A stretch of 64,000 nt of DNA from Raillietiella orientalis. Lineage: Eukaryota. The stretch spans positions 1,736,001 through 1,800,000 of the forward strand of contig JAYWIR010000028.1 in assembly GCA_036172245.1 (NCBI GenBank), given 5' to 3'. Below the pieces are notes generated by a model. That model had not been told where the DNA came from, made no database searches, and saw only the letters and a program-made list of their open reading frames with translations. The first letter of the stretch is position 1, and each line of letters opens with the position of its first letter. Position numbers and translations under genes: made by a program. Shown piece after piece: positions 53,220-64,000 of the stretch.

Positions 53220-53253
53220 TTCGGTTTTTATATTACAGTTGATAAAAATTGAA
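53220..53253. promoter_or_regulatory. Hairpin containing TATTAC at the right border of the viral insert
   Basis: TTCGGTTTTTAT-ATTACAGTTG-ATAAAAATTGAA (12-bp stem with two G-T pairs). TATTAC lies at 53231-53236. Confidence 0.35.
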
Positions 53254-54206
53254 TGCTTGCATGTAATTGTGCAAGAAGCTGCTCTGTACCCAACCTAGAA
53301 CTCATGGAATGTCTTAGGTTCTTGGCTGTGAACACTGAAGAAAGAACACTCAAGATAGTCGAGCGCATTCACTTTTCCTTGCTGGCGGTCACCCCAAGCT
53401 CAGCTCTCTTGGAAAATTCACTTTGCATGTATCTTAAATTAGGAATATTTCAGCGCGTCTTAGCCGTGATGGCAGATCAAATCTGGGCAGGCGTGAAAGA
53501 TTGGTCTCCATATGTTACCCTCTTCTCCACAAACCTTCCAGAAGAAAGAAGTTTTCTTCAACTTCCTGTGGACTGCTACATCCTCTACGCAACGCTCCTT
53601 TCGTCCCTGCGAACGTTCGCCCGTCTTACGGACAGCCACCGGAAGTCGGCTCTCGAAACCGACAGCCTCTCAATGAGGGGAAGCATCCAGCGCGGCCAGC
53701 ATGCCGAGTTGAAGAGAGCGAAAGGAAAGCACGGCCAGAAGGACAGGGATGCGTTCCGTCTCCGTGTACCGACTCGTACAGCAATGTCTCCGTGGTCCCG
53801 CTGGTCGAGACGAAAACTGTCCCGGTGCCGTTCGTGGAAGACGTTGTCAGCTAACAATTTTTTCATCAACAGAGAAGGCTATCAACGTCATTTGATTGAT
53901 TTTCCCGCCTTGCGCTTTCCGCTCAGCTAGCTCACTGTGACCCGAGACTCACACGAACGTGCAGTGTGGGTCAAGAAGATAAGGCTTACCAGGTGAGGTC
54001 TGTTGCCACGAAGTGCCCGACGTGCAGCCACAGCTGCACTCTGCCGCTTCCAGACGACCGTGCACTCATTCATCTTGCCGTTGCGAGACATCTGCTCGCA
54101 TGCAAGACACTGGAATGTCTTGGCTAGACAAGTCGACAACACCCTCCTCGTTTTCTCATGTCGCCCCATTCCACGATCAGCGAAAGCCACCCTTCCTGTT
54201 TCCATC

Positions 54207-55300
54207 TCCGCCCGGGTGCGCCGGGACTTTGCTTCTCACAAACTTCTTACAAAAGAAACTGTGCTTGGACCAGTGGACCAATCACTCTCAACTTATAAGA
54301 GACCTGCCGCATCGCCGGTTCGCAGACCGGCGCGGTTTACCGCGTCAGCAGAGGGAAGGGAAAAAAACAAAAATAAAAAACAAAGACACTTTGGGGGCGT
54401 TCGGGAAGAAGTTGCTGTCCGCTGGTCGTAGTCCGGTCCATCCTCTTTAGGATGTCGGCAACGTCTTGCTGGATAGTCCTGTCCGGGTGCGGCCATCCTG
54501 ATGAATTGGACAGCGAAATGGATGGCATCCCTGTAGCTGAATCCTTCCGTTGCTTTGCTCCAAGCGGCGACGATCCCGCATAGGCAGCACAAGACTGCAG
54601 GGGAGACCACTGGCCGAAGGGAGTCGCGAACGAAGGGGCTTTAAAAGCGTCCCTGCAGTTGCCTCCGGGGGCTGCCAGGGCTGCGTTCCGAGAGGAGCCG
54701 GAGGGCAACACAGTCCAGCAACAGGTAGAGGGGAGATTCCCGTATCCCGCAAGCGACACAATTCGGCCCCCGCGTTCAGTGATGGCGGCGGAAACTACAT
54801 GGGAGACCCCGATGCAGCACGAACAGCGCCGACTGCTGCCACTTCAGGAAGAGGGTGAGGCTGTCCATGAGCACCGAGGGCCACTTCAGATGATCCACCG
54901 GAACATCCTGCAGCTCGCCCCAGCGCAGGAGTCCGTGGGGCGGTGTACTCAGGGTCGCAGAGTCGAAGAGCTGGCCCGTCTTCCACGAACCCAATCCTTT
55001 CTTCTTTCCGGAGATGATGATCTTGACTTCCCGTTTCGCCACCATGCTGCCGCTCAGGTGTTCCCTGACAGAGGGCGGCTCTGCAGCCCTCGGAAAGCTC
55101 TTCCTGCCCATCCTTCCTGTTTCGAAGGCGAGGTGAGCCTGCGCAACCTCATTGCGCCTGGGAGGGCGTTTTTGTTTCTGCATGCACGTGTTTCCTCTTT
55201 TGGTGATGCGAGCCTGGGTGCGGACGAACAGGAGGAGGGAAGGGGGCGTGGTTGGCTGCGTACGTCGCTTGCATTTTTCGAACGGCAGCACAGCTCTTGC
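54207..55300 (-). mobile_element. Tx1-like 3' fragment
   Basis: HGLLRWGELQDVPVDHL..PNCVACGIRESPLYLLLDC..FAVQFIRMA, and a terminal hairpin CCCGG-CGCAC-CCGGG at 54225-54211. Confidence 0.85.
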
Positions 55301-56059
55301 TCGCATTGAACGTGCTGCAGGCGTGTTGCCCTTGTGTACGCTGTACAAACAGCAGAGTGCGAAAAAATCACCAATCAGCTTTGGGAACGCTCGCTTCTCC
55401 TCGAAAAAGCCTTCACCCTTTCAGGCGAGATTTCAGACCGGGACGATGCCACTTGCTGACGGAGAAAAGGGGGCATTCCAAAACGCTTGAGGAGCGTGAA
55501 GAAGGACCGCGTAAACTCGCTGAGCGAGGCGAACAGCAACTGGTTCTCGAATCCGCGGCTACACTTTCGAGATACGCATCAGACGGAGTTTCATGAGATA
55601 CAAGTAAGATGTATGACCTTAATTGACCGCAGATGTTAGAGCAGAATCCTTGAGGATAAAAGTGATAGATTTCCTTCAAGAGAATTCTATTCTGGACGCA
55701 AACCTCAGAACAAAGCATCTTCTTAATGAATGAATCAGACTACCTAAGGGAAAGGTCAACACACCATCTCCATGCTCGGTTTCGTGATCGATGTATCTGC
55801 GGCCGAGCGTGAAACCCTATTTTTCTTTTCTGGAGAAAGTCCTCTTGACTTGAAAACAGGGGTTTTAGACTGAGCTAACAGCTGAGCTGTGTGCTTTCGT
55901 TCACCTCCTTCATTGGGAACTGCTCCTCTTCTATCCGATCAGCTGCCATCTTTTGCAAGCATCCATAACTAGTTCGATGATCTAGTCTTCCGTCTCGGAT
56001 GATTTGGGCGCCACCAAATCTCGGCTTGCCCCCTCCAAATGACAGGCAAAGAAGTCAAA

Positions 56060-56450
56060 GGAAGAGATCTCACAAGTTGGCAGGTGCGAGAATCACCGAA
56101 ATGTCTTCATGCATTGCAACAGGTGGCACATGAAGTTAGCGAAGAAACGGAGTCCCGGTATCCACTCAAAGGAACCGGCTTGAAGAGACGATTTCCGTGC
56201 GGTGGGTTGCCAAAGAGAAAGAAGGTTCGTGGTTCCACTCTAGAGTCCTCTGTGGTTTTGGTACTTAAGAAGGGCAACGATGTTCAGATCCACATAGAGA
56301 GGTTATGCAAGGTGGGCAACAAGGACAGAGTCCGCATACTCGGATAGAGGGAGCTCGAGCCTAAGTTCAAACTCCAAGCGAAGTGGAGCAAGGAGCGTGG
56401 ATGCAACAAAGTGGTCACGTGGCTTTGGAGAGCAACGGTCTATTTGGTCA
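56060..56450 (+). mobile_element. Possible highly decayed restriction-like-endonuclease non-LTR relic
   Basis: SPKCLH..VLVLKKGNDVQI..EQGAW loosely parallels the 50421 fragment. Confidence 0.25.
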
Positions 56451-56949
56451 GAAAGGGGAAGCGCAAACGGGAGGAGAGAGAAGCAGAGGCTTCCATCAGG
56501 CTTCCTATGACTCTAGGAGGCAATGCGTGCTGGGAGTCTCCTGGAATTTCGAAGAAGTGGAGGAAACGTCGCGAGCCACCACTTGTGGAGCGAAGCTTCC
56601 GGAAGCTTCTCCATGTACAAAGACACCAGCAGGAGGAGGGTCAGCGGCGGTCAGGACAACAGGAGCTCGTGGAAAAAGGTGGTCAGTTAACGCAGGAGGA
56701 AGCTGGGAAAGAGAACATACGAAGTGAGCAATGCTTGGAAGGGAACAAAGAAGGGCAAAAGAGGGCATCCATGCTCTCAGGTTCCTTCAGAACGTGGAGT
56801 CTGGAGATCAGATGCTCTTTAGATGAAGATCCAGCACGACCTTCCCTGTAGCTTGCATCTCATCCTTGGCCTCCGGGAAGCGCAGACGCGCTGTTGGTCC
56901 CAGGAAGTGCTGTTTCTCTTGATTCCGGTGCCGCATCGCAAGAAGTTCG

Positions 56950-57400
56950 GAAGACTCCCAGCGCTGAATCTCGAATTGTCCGGCGAGCTGCTCCAAGATT
57001 CTGCCTCGATGCCTCTCCACGCTCCCTCTCACGGCTCCGGGACCCGCCAACTCGGCGGAGAGCGACGATGGTCCGGCAGCACCCTATCGTGAAGCACCTG
57101 GTTCTTGCCCCTCATCCCATCCCATCTTCAGCCAGCAGGAGAGTCCTTGTAGCTGACAATCCCAGGATGCGGGCAAAGGCAAAGTACCCTGAGCTCAGCT
57201 CGTGGACGAGCTCCAGGCACTTCGAGCTCGCAGAACATGCGGGACCGGCTGTTCCTTTTCCAAGATGCTGGTGCCGACATCCGCAAGTCCATCGCTTCTG
57301 GCAATATCCCGCGTGTTCGGTGGTCAACAACCGCCACCCTTCTGCAGCTCGTGCCGTCGCTAGTGGAGACGGCTCCTAGGAAAGAGGTATCAAGGCGAGT
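56950..57400 (-). mobile_element. Possible diverged Tx1-like C-terminal relic
   Basis: HQHLGKGTAGPACS and CCRTIVAL resemble HLVCGGVASPNCS and CCIRSIV in other copies. Confidence 0.35.
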
Positions 57401-60400
57401 GCCATTAAAATCCCAAAGACCCCCTCGTTGTTTGTTTTATTTCATGTGGATGCACGTTGCTAAGAAATCTCGCAGTCCTTAGGGAAAGGGAAGACCTTCT
57501 AAGGAACGGGAGGAGTCAACAGGGTTCTGGTCGACGTCTGAGATAAGAAGGGTTCTCTTCGGCAGATTCCTCCCCGTTTTTTCTCAGGGAACCTCCCCTG
57601 ATGGCTAGGTGGCAAACGGATCGCCTCCGGGCAAAGCAACCTGCTCGACGGAGCCGGCGAAAAGTGCCGCGCCAAGTGTTCGTGTGTGCAGCGATTGCTG
57701 CTCTGCTTCCAAGGGCGACGCACTGGGACAAGGTGAACGTTTCTCCGTCCGGGAAGAGGAAAGGGAGGTCACAAAGCTGGGAAAGCTGGGCCAGAGGGGA
57801 AAGTCAAAGAAGGGATGAACGTAAGCTCCCTCTTCACTCGGCGCCTTGGCATGCGCAGTTTGAAAGAGACGAAGAGGACTGCAAGGCAGCTTAGAAAGAG
57901 CAACGACAACGCTTCAGCCTTGCGATCCACGGAAACCTGTGATCCTTGAGCAAGAGACTCAAGGACCACCCCTGAAACCTGCCTTCGCCCTCGGGAAGTA
58001 GCTTCTCCTCTCCCCTCTCCACTCAGTAGAAGATCGGGAAATCCAGGAGGCCCCGACTAGATCAAGTGGACTTCCTGAGAGCCACGAGAAACGCTGCTGA
58101 TCCGAGGGAGAGTTCTCTTCCCGAGGGTTCGTGTGCGAACTCAGCCCCACGAGCAAGCCTAGGCCCGAAACGGTCTCAGGTTTTGCTGATTCGACGCCTT
58201 CGAGCCTCTCGCTCGACCTCCCAATTAAGTCTGGCCGTCATTCCTCCCTTCTCATCTGCGCGCATCTCCGAGCGATTTCCGTCCCAGAAGCCGACCGAAG
58301 ATTCCCCCAGATTCAAGCCTTTTTTTCCTAGACGCTTCCACGTGATGCCTTCGAGGTCAGCAAAGGTCCATGGAATCTATGCACTCAAGAGGAGTCTCTG
58401 AAAACCGGCCCTTTCGGGAAGCGGTCTGTTCGGCGCTGAGCTTCACTTCGTTCTTGTGTTCCTCACCCACTGTTGGTGTCCCACACACACTACACACCAC
58501 GCCTTCGCCGAAAACTGGTTTGGGAAGACGTGTTTTTCAGGCGCTCCGTGAACGAGTCCTTGGAAAAAAGTTTTCTTTTTTTTTGTGCGATGTGTAGTGT
58601 GGATCGTCGGTGTCCAATGACAGCGATGCTTGAGGACACCGCGATAGAAGTAGGTGTGAGGGAGGCAAGTTCCCCCCCACAACCTGCAGAGATGACGGCG
58701 ACTGCTCCAGGATCCCCCTCGCCGCCATCGAGGATCTGGAGCGCCATGGTGACCGCACCTAGTGCCGAAGCCTTGGCCGAACAGGCTGCATATAAGGCCA
58801 CCGGATACAAGCCTTCGTTTGTTTATAAGGTAGGCCCTTTGTTTGATGGGAAGACTGCACGCTCTTTCACAAGAGCGTTGCAGTCTCCAAGTGTAAAAGA
58901 AGAGGATCTGGACGGTCATACCATCCTCAGCGGGGAGCAGCGCGTCGAGCTTGTCTGCAAAGACATCAGCTTGGCCCAGTGCCTGATCAACACCCCACTG
59001 ATCATGGATGGCCGGAAGATTTTCCCGGTGTCCATGGACCGTTCCGTAGTGGTCCATCTCACCGGCATCACTAACCGCATAACGCGGTCTGCGGCTAGTG
59101 ATTAGTTAAAGAAATTTGGAAACGTGCACGCGTTGTGCCCGAAGCCCACTATCTTCCAGGGCTACGGTGGCCTTTTCGGGGCATGGCCGCAGCGCGTGTC
59201 ACTGTTAATGAACAGGGTGGGCTTCCACACAAGCTAGAGGTCGCGAAAGAGTCGATCGACCTCTGGTACGTGGGGAAGCCCCGTTATTGCGGCTACTGAG
59301 ATGCAGTAGGACACCTGAGGAAAAGGTGCCCGAACATCGAGTGCTACATGTGCGGAGATAAGGGCCACGGCCGTCGTGTGTGCCCGAAGCGCCCCACCCC
59401 GATTCCCCCGGCCGCTAAAAAGTCACAGGCGAAACGCGCGGGGAAATCCGGAAAAGAAAGATAGGGAAAATGGCCGGCCGAAGCAGCCAGCGCCCGAAAC
59501 TCCCCAACAGACGTCAGAGGAGAAATCTTCCGAAGACGTGGGAGAATGAAGGAACTGGCAACTTGTCAAGGCCAAAAATGACAAAAAACAGGAGAAAGCT
59601 GAAAAAAAGACGGAGAAAACGGCGACCGGAGAAATGAGGAAAAAATCCGAGCCGCATATTTAGACTCTCCACCAGTGCTCGGTGGCACTGGAACGCATAG
59701 CCATTCCCGACAACGCCACCCGAAGCGAAACTCCTTTCCCCCCCCGTTCCCGCCACGATCGATGCTCGCGAAGGCGCACCCACTGCTAGCACAGAGGGTG
59801 GGTCGCGCGACAAGCTCACCGACAGCGAGGACGCGGCCTTCGAGAAGGCGGCAGAGGAGCTCGCGGTCACGCTGGCCGAGAGTGGCCGTGCGAAGGTCGC
59901 CTCCGGCGAAAATGGCTCCCGCAGGTGAGTCTGACCGGCTCATCCTCCTCCGCGGAGGCATCTTTCCGGAAGGCAAGTCCCAGAAGCCGAGAAGGTACAT
60001 CCCGGCTCCGAGCGAGGGAGATGGAATGGACGCCGCGGAACTCGACGGCAGCGTGGAAGCCCAAGACGGGGATCTCCCACGCGCAGAAGCCGGCGAGCAG
60101 GCAACCTCCATGGAGGAGGGTGCTCAGGGGAGCGAAATACCGCCTGCATGCTCCGAGCCTGAACAGCCCGCCCCCATGGAGGAGGGCATACAGGTAGGAG
60201 AAGCACCACCTTCGGTCTACAAGCCGGACGCGTCGGCACGCATGGAGGAGGAAGGAGAGGAGGTGCACGAAGCACCTCCCCCTCCTAGCGTCCCGCCCCA
60301 ACAGGTGGCGGACGCCGCACCGCCGATTTCCCAGGAATAACCCCTGGGCTCGCCTGTCGCCGTCGGATCCGCGTGGCCAGTTGGAATGTCAACGGGCTGC

Positions 60401-60526
60401 GCGACGACGGTAACAGACGGGATACGGCCGACACCCTGCGAGAGCTCGACCCGGCCCTGCTGCAGGAGATCCACGTGATCACCACAGCAGACGTCCAGGA
60501 GATCGAAACGATCGCGGGGGGTCGTC

Positions 60527-61601
60527 CGTTTCCCACCCGGGTGCACCGGGGCGTTTATTGCTAAACTATCCGGGAACAGAGTTCCCGGACAAAGGACACT
60601 GAAAAAACGAATGGAGGGATCCCCGACACGCAAGGTCGGTAAACCGAAAGTCCGGAACGGGAGGGAGGGGGCCACAAATACACATATAAAAAATAGAAAT
60701 AAAGATATGGGGAGGGGAGGGGACAGGGGTCTTTGGTTTCGGTCATTCCATTCCTTCAGAACCGGCTGTGGATGCCGGCGATCTCGCTCCTCACGCCCTC
60801 TGGTAGATGGGCCCACTCGGAAACCGACGCCATGTTCTCGTCGGCTATTCCGGTGGCCTGTCGACGAATCGCCAGCTTCTCCAGCTCTCGGTGGGCCGTG
60901 TCGATGCCGCGGGTGCAGCAGACCGTTGCGATGACAGCACCTAAGGACAGGCTGCCTGGCGTGAAGAAGAGGCGCATCAAGTCTCTTGCGGTGTCCCCCT
61001 GGTGCAGGAGAGCCGAGGCCAGCCTCCGCCGCAGTCCTTGGAGGACACCGCAGTCCAGGAGCAGGTGAGGGAGCGTTTCCACTTCCCCGCACCGCTTACA
61101 GTTCGAGGAGGCAACTCCCCCGAAAACACGGTTCGTCCGCTGGTTGGAGTGAAAACCCCAATGCACCAGCATGATGACGTCCTGCATCCACGAAAGGGGG
61201 AACACGGAAGTGTTCAAACAGGAAGGAGGGACCACAAGTTCTTCGGGGGGCACACTCAAGTGTTCACTCCACCGAAGGAGTCCCTTCGAGATGTTGCGAG
61301 GCGTGGCGGCGTCTGCCAGCTCGCTAGTCCTCGAGCCGCCCGTGGGTCGGGTTGCTCCTGAGATGGTGCAGGCGACCTCCCACCTCGCTGGTAGGCACCT
61401 GTCATCACTTGCCCTGAGGGATGACAGCGCATCGGCGAGAGGCGTGACGGCCAGGAGAGTCCACTTCTCCTGGTCATTTAGAACCTGCTCTACCGTGAAG
61501 TACGGAGACAGGTTGACGCAACGGAGTTCCAAAAGGGAAACATTATGTTGCCTTGCCCAGGCACACAAAGGTTCCTGCAGCCAGGCGTCAAAGTTCGTTT
61601 A
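60527..61601 (-). mobile_element. Tx1-like 3' fragment, antisense in APE
   Basis: ORF 60756-61568 with HWGFHSNQR..NCKRCGEVETLPHLLLDC, then AATAAA and a hairpin at 60550-60536. Confidence 0.92.
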
Positions 61602-61611
61602 GGGGATCGTC

Positions 61612-61825
61612 TGTTTGTCACTCGGGTGCACCGGGGCGTTTATTGCTAAGCTATCCGGGAACAGAGTTCCCCGGACAAAGGACACTGAAAAAACGAAGGG
61701 GGGGGATCCCCGACAAGCAAGTCGGTAAACCGAAAGTCCGAAACGGTAGGGAGGGGACCACAAATACACATATAAAAAATAGAAATAAAGATATGGGGAG
61801 GGGAGGGGACAGGGGTCTTTGGTTT
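61612..61825 (-). mobile_element. Tx1-like 3'-UTR-only copy, tandem with the previous one
   Basis: Near-identical to 60527-60740. Hairpin at 61635-61621. Confidence 0.9.
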
Positions 61826-62019
61826 GGGCCGTCGGTATTGGCGATGTGGCTCCCGGAACACCTGTGGGGTCGCGTTCTTCCTGAAGCCAGCCGTCGACGC
61901 TGCCATGAAGGGCGTGCACTTTGATGACGACGGTCGGGTCGGCCAGTTGATCCTCAGGTGGTCCGACTCGATCGACTTGATCGTCACAAACGTGTACGCC
62001 CCCAGCGGCAAGAATTGGT

Positions 62020-62324
62020 ACCACAATCGGATGGCCCCAACTGGGACACATACAGAAGGACCTCGAGGGCATCCTGGAAAGGATGGACCCTCCTCTCAGT
62101 GGACAGTGATCCCTTCTGACCCTCCAAATTCTATCTTTTTTTCTTATTGTTTTATTTTTTTTTTGTTTTTTCCCCTCCCCCTTCCACTGCCGAGGAGAGT
62201 CACGCTGCTCTGCGTCCCGGCGTCATGGCAGGTCCGGCGTTGTGTTAGCCGTTAGTGGGGCCTTGTACCACGTTTTGTAGAGAATTTGTGAAGACTTTGA
62301 ATAAACGTCCTGGCGCATCCGGGT
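62020..62324 (+). mobile_element. Tx1-like 3' UTR fragment (second subfamily)
   Basis: RWPQL codons, T-rich UTR and AATAAACGTCCTGGCGCATCCGGG (hairpin 62309-62323). Confidence 0.75.
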
Positions 62325-62579
62325 GGCAACATCCGGGTTGGTCTCAAGGGCTGACACTTTGAAAAAGAGAGGTGACCGATCATTCTGGAGATCCATGTCT
62401 CACGAACAAGAATCCTGAAGAAACTCTGCTTCTGGAATCGTTCACAAAATGCTCGGGTAGCCGACCGGCCAAGGCTGAAACGAGCAGGACGTGCTTCATG
62501 TTCGATCCTCGCCCACGGCCAAATTGTTAGTGTAGACCTTTGTCTGTTGTCTGAGAATCGCTAGTGGTAAAGGGTAGTA

Positions 62580-63020
62580 ATGCCTAATACCACCACCAAG
62601 GAAGGCCAGAGAAAGATGACCTCATCGTCTCTTCAGCCAATGGAAGTGGGGACGTCCGTCCCCGCACCAGCAAGGACTTGGAACGCCGTGGCTGCTGCCC
62701 CGACGTCAGCAGCCGTGGCAGAACAAAAGGCCGACCTGGAGGAACGCTACAATCCTTGCATCCTCTACAAGTTAGGCCAATTATATACAATTATATACTT
62801 CTACTTCTTTTCCTGTACCGCGCGCTCCTTCGCGAAGGAGCTGTGCGCTCTCAGCGTAAAGAAAGAGGAACTTCATGGTCTCTCCATCCTCAACAGAGGT
62901 CTGCACATGAAGGTGATCTGCAAGGAGGCATGTCTGGCTCAACGGATGTTGAGGGCTCCCGTTGTAATGGGGTACAGGAAGCTCCTTCCGATCACTATGG
63001 ACCGCTTCATGGTGGTCCAC
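62580..63020 (+). mobile_element. Tx1-like ORF1 N-terminal fragment
   Basis: TWNAVAAAP..EERYNPCILYKL..ARSFAKEL..ITMDRFMVVH is homologous to the ORF1 starts at 27765 and 58590. Confidence 0.85.
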
Positions 63021-64000
63021 TGTGATCGCCACATATCAGTCAGACGGATCCACGAGCTGTCATCCACTTCGGAACTGAGGTCCAGTGATCCACATCTTCC
63101 GGAACGAATTCGGTCCACGAATCGACTGAGGCTGCTTCGTTGGGAAGCCAATGATGTAAGTTAACTCTCATTCCCAGAAGTGGAAGCTTCACGGCTGTGC
63201 TTCCCAACAGGAAAGCATTTGCCGAACTGAGGAGAAATCATCAGGAGCGCACATCCCGGCTTTTCGATAGCAGCCGAATCTCTGCCGAATATTGAAACCT
63301 CTGGAAAGCCAATGAGGGAAGCAGGCTGCTGAGTCTCATCGCGTTGCGTTGGTGCAGTTCATACCTTCTTATGACTCTTTTCGAGATGCAGGCATTACGT
63401 CCTTTCTACCTGATCATTGCAACTGGAGCTGTCGTCCACCCTATGAGAGGCTGTTTAGAGTATCTCGTCTCTCTAGCTCTAGAAATCAGAATGTGGACAA
63501 CTGGTGAACTTTCATGTGTGCTTTTTGTGCACAGTAATCACTGTCCTCATCCTGCAAGCAATTAAACGACAGCAAGTTTTTCCCTGGTATTCTTCCTTCT
63601 GTATGCACTCCAAGGGTAGAATTTCTAAATAAACCCCTGTCTTCAGGGATTATAGATAGATCCCTGGAAGATATGCTTCCTTGAACAGCAGAGCATTCAT
63701 TTTGGAATGATCGATGAAATAAAAGTTTCATTCAAGATCGGTGCATGAAATACAGGTTGATGAACATTCTACACGATTTGCTCCATCTGGCCATCCCATC
63801 GGAACCTCGTCGACAGTTGCTTGTCTTGACCAGAGCTCCAGAATGAATCCCCATGGCAAACCGTTTTCAGCTGATGATGCTATGGCTGTTGCAGGAGATA
63901 GAAGCATTTTATCCTATATCAAAGGATGTGAAGCATGCCGTGTGGTTCGCATGACGTCTAGAGGCGTACGAATCATCGAGCCTGTCCTAGGCAGTTATCC

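Larger units (their letters stand above)
58590..62015 (+). mobile_element. Tx1-like 5' half: ORF1 (two CCHC knuckles, acidic/Pro-rich tail) and APE endonuclease, interrupted
   Basis: CGY*DAVGHLRKRC and CYMCGDKGHGRRVC at 59288-59383. ORF1 stop at 60340. APE motifs RVASWNVNGL and LLQEIH, then GVAFFL and NVYAP after the inserts. Confidence 0.92.

Noticed and set aside
53400..53520. RT motif WRPI on the minus strand
   Set aside because: Isolated 4-mer without the neighbouring RT motifs.
60217..61092. 291-aa minus-strand ORF
   Set aside because: It runs off-frame through a retroelement 3' UTR and into the antisense of another copy.

Overview
Eukaryotic, repeat-dominated window, probably from an invertebrate and likely an arthropod (inferred from a nudel-like protease with 52-68 bp GT-AG introns). 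I found no clearly intact protein-coding gene. Most recognisable sequence is nested, decayed mobile DNA. It includes about 14 fragments of one Tx1/L1-clade non-LTR retrotransposon group (CCHC ORF1, APE, RT), NeSL/Utopia-type non-LTR fragments (one 5'-joined to a U2 snRNA fragment), seven copies of a tRNA-headed SINE of about 740 bp, a hAT-type MITE and a possible pogo-like transposase relic carrying a 33-bp tandem array. The most notable object is a near-complete endogenous circular ssDNA (CRESS) virus at about 49.4-53.25 kb. It has a nanovirus/alphasatellite-like Rep pseudogene on +, a divergent Arg-rich putative capsid on - that rejoins in frame once a TSD-flanked retroelement is removed, and two hairpins. 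The Tx1-like group ends in AATAAA plus a 5-bp hairpin with no poly(A), and appears to prefer GAYRRYC-like targets. All assignments come from manual reading and motif recall, with no database searches. Truncated ends are approximate.
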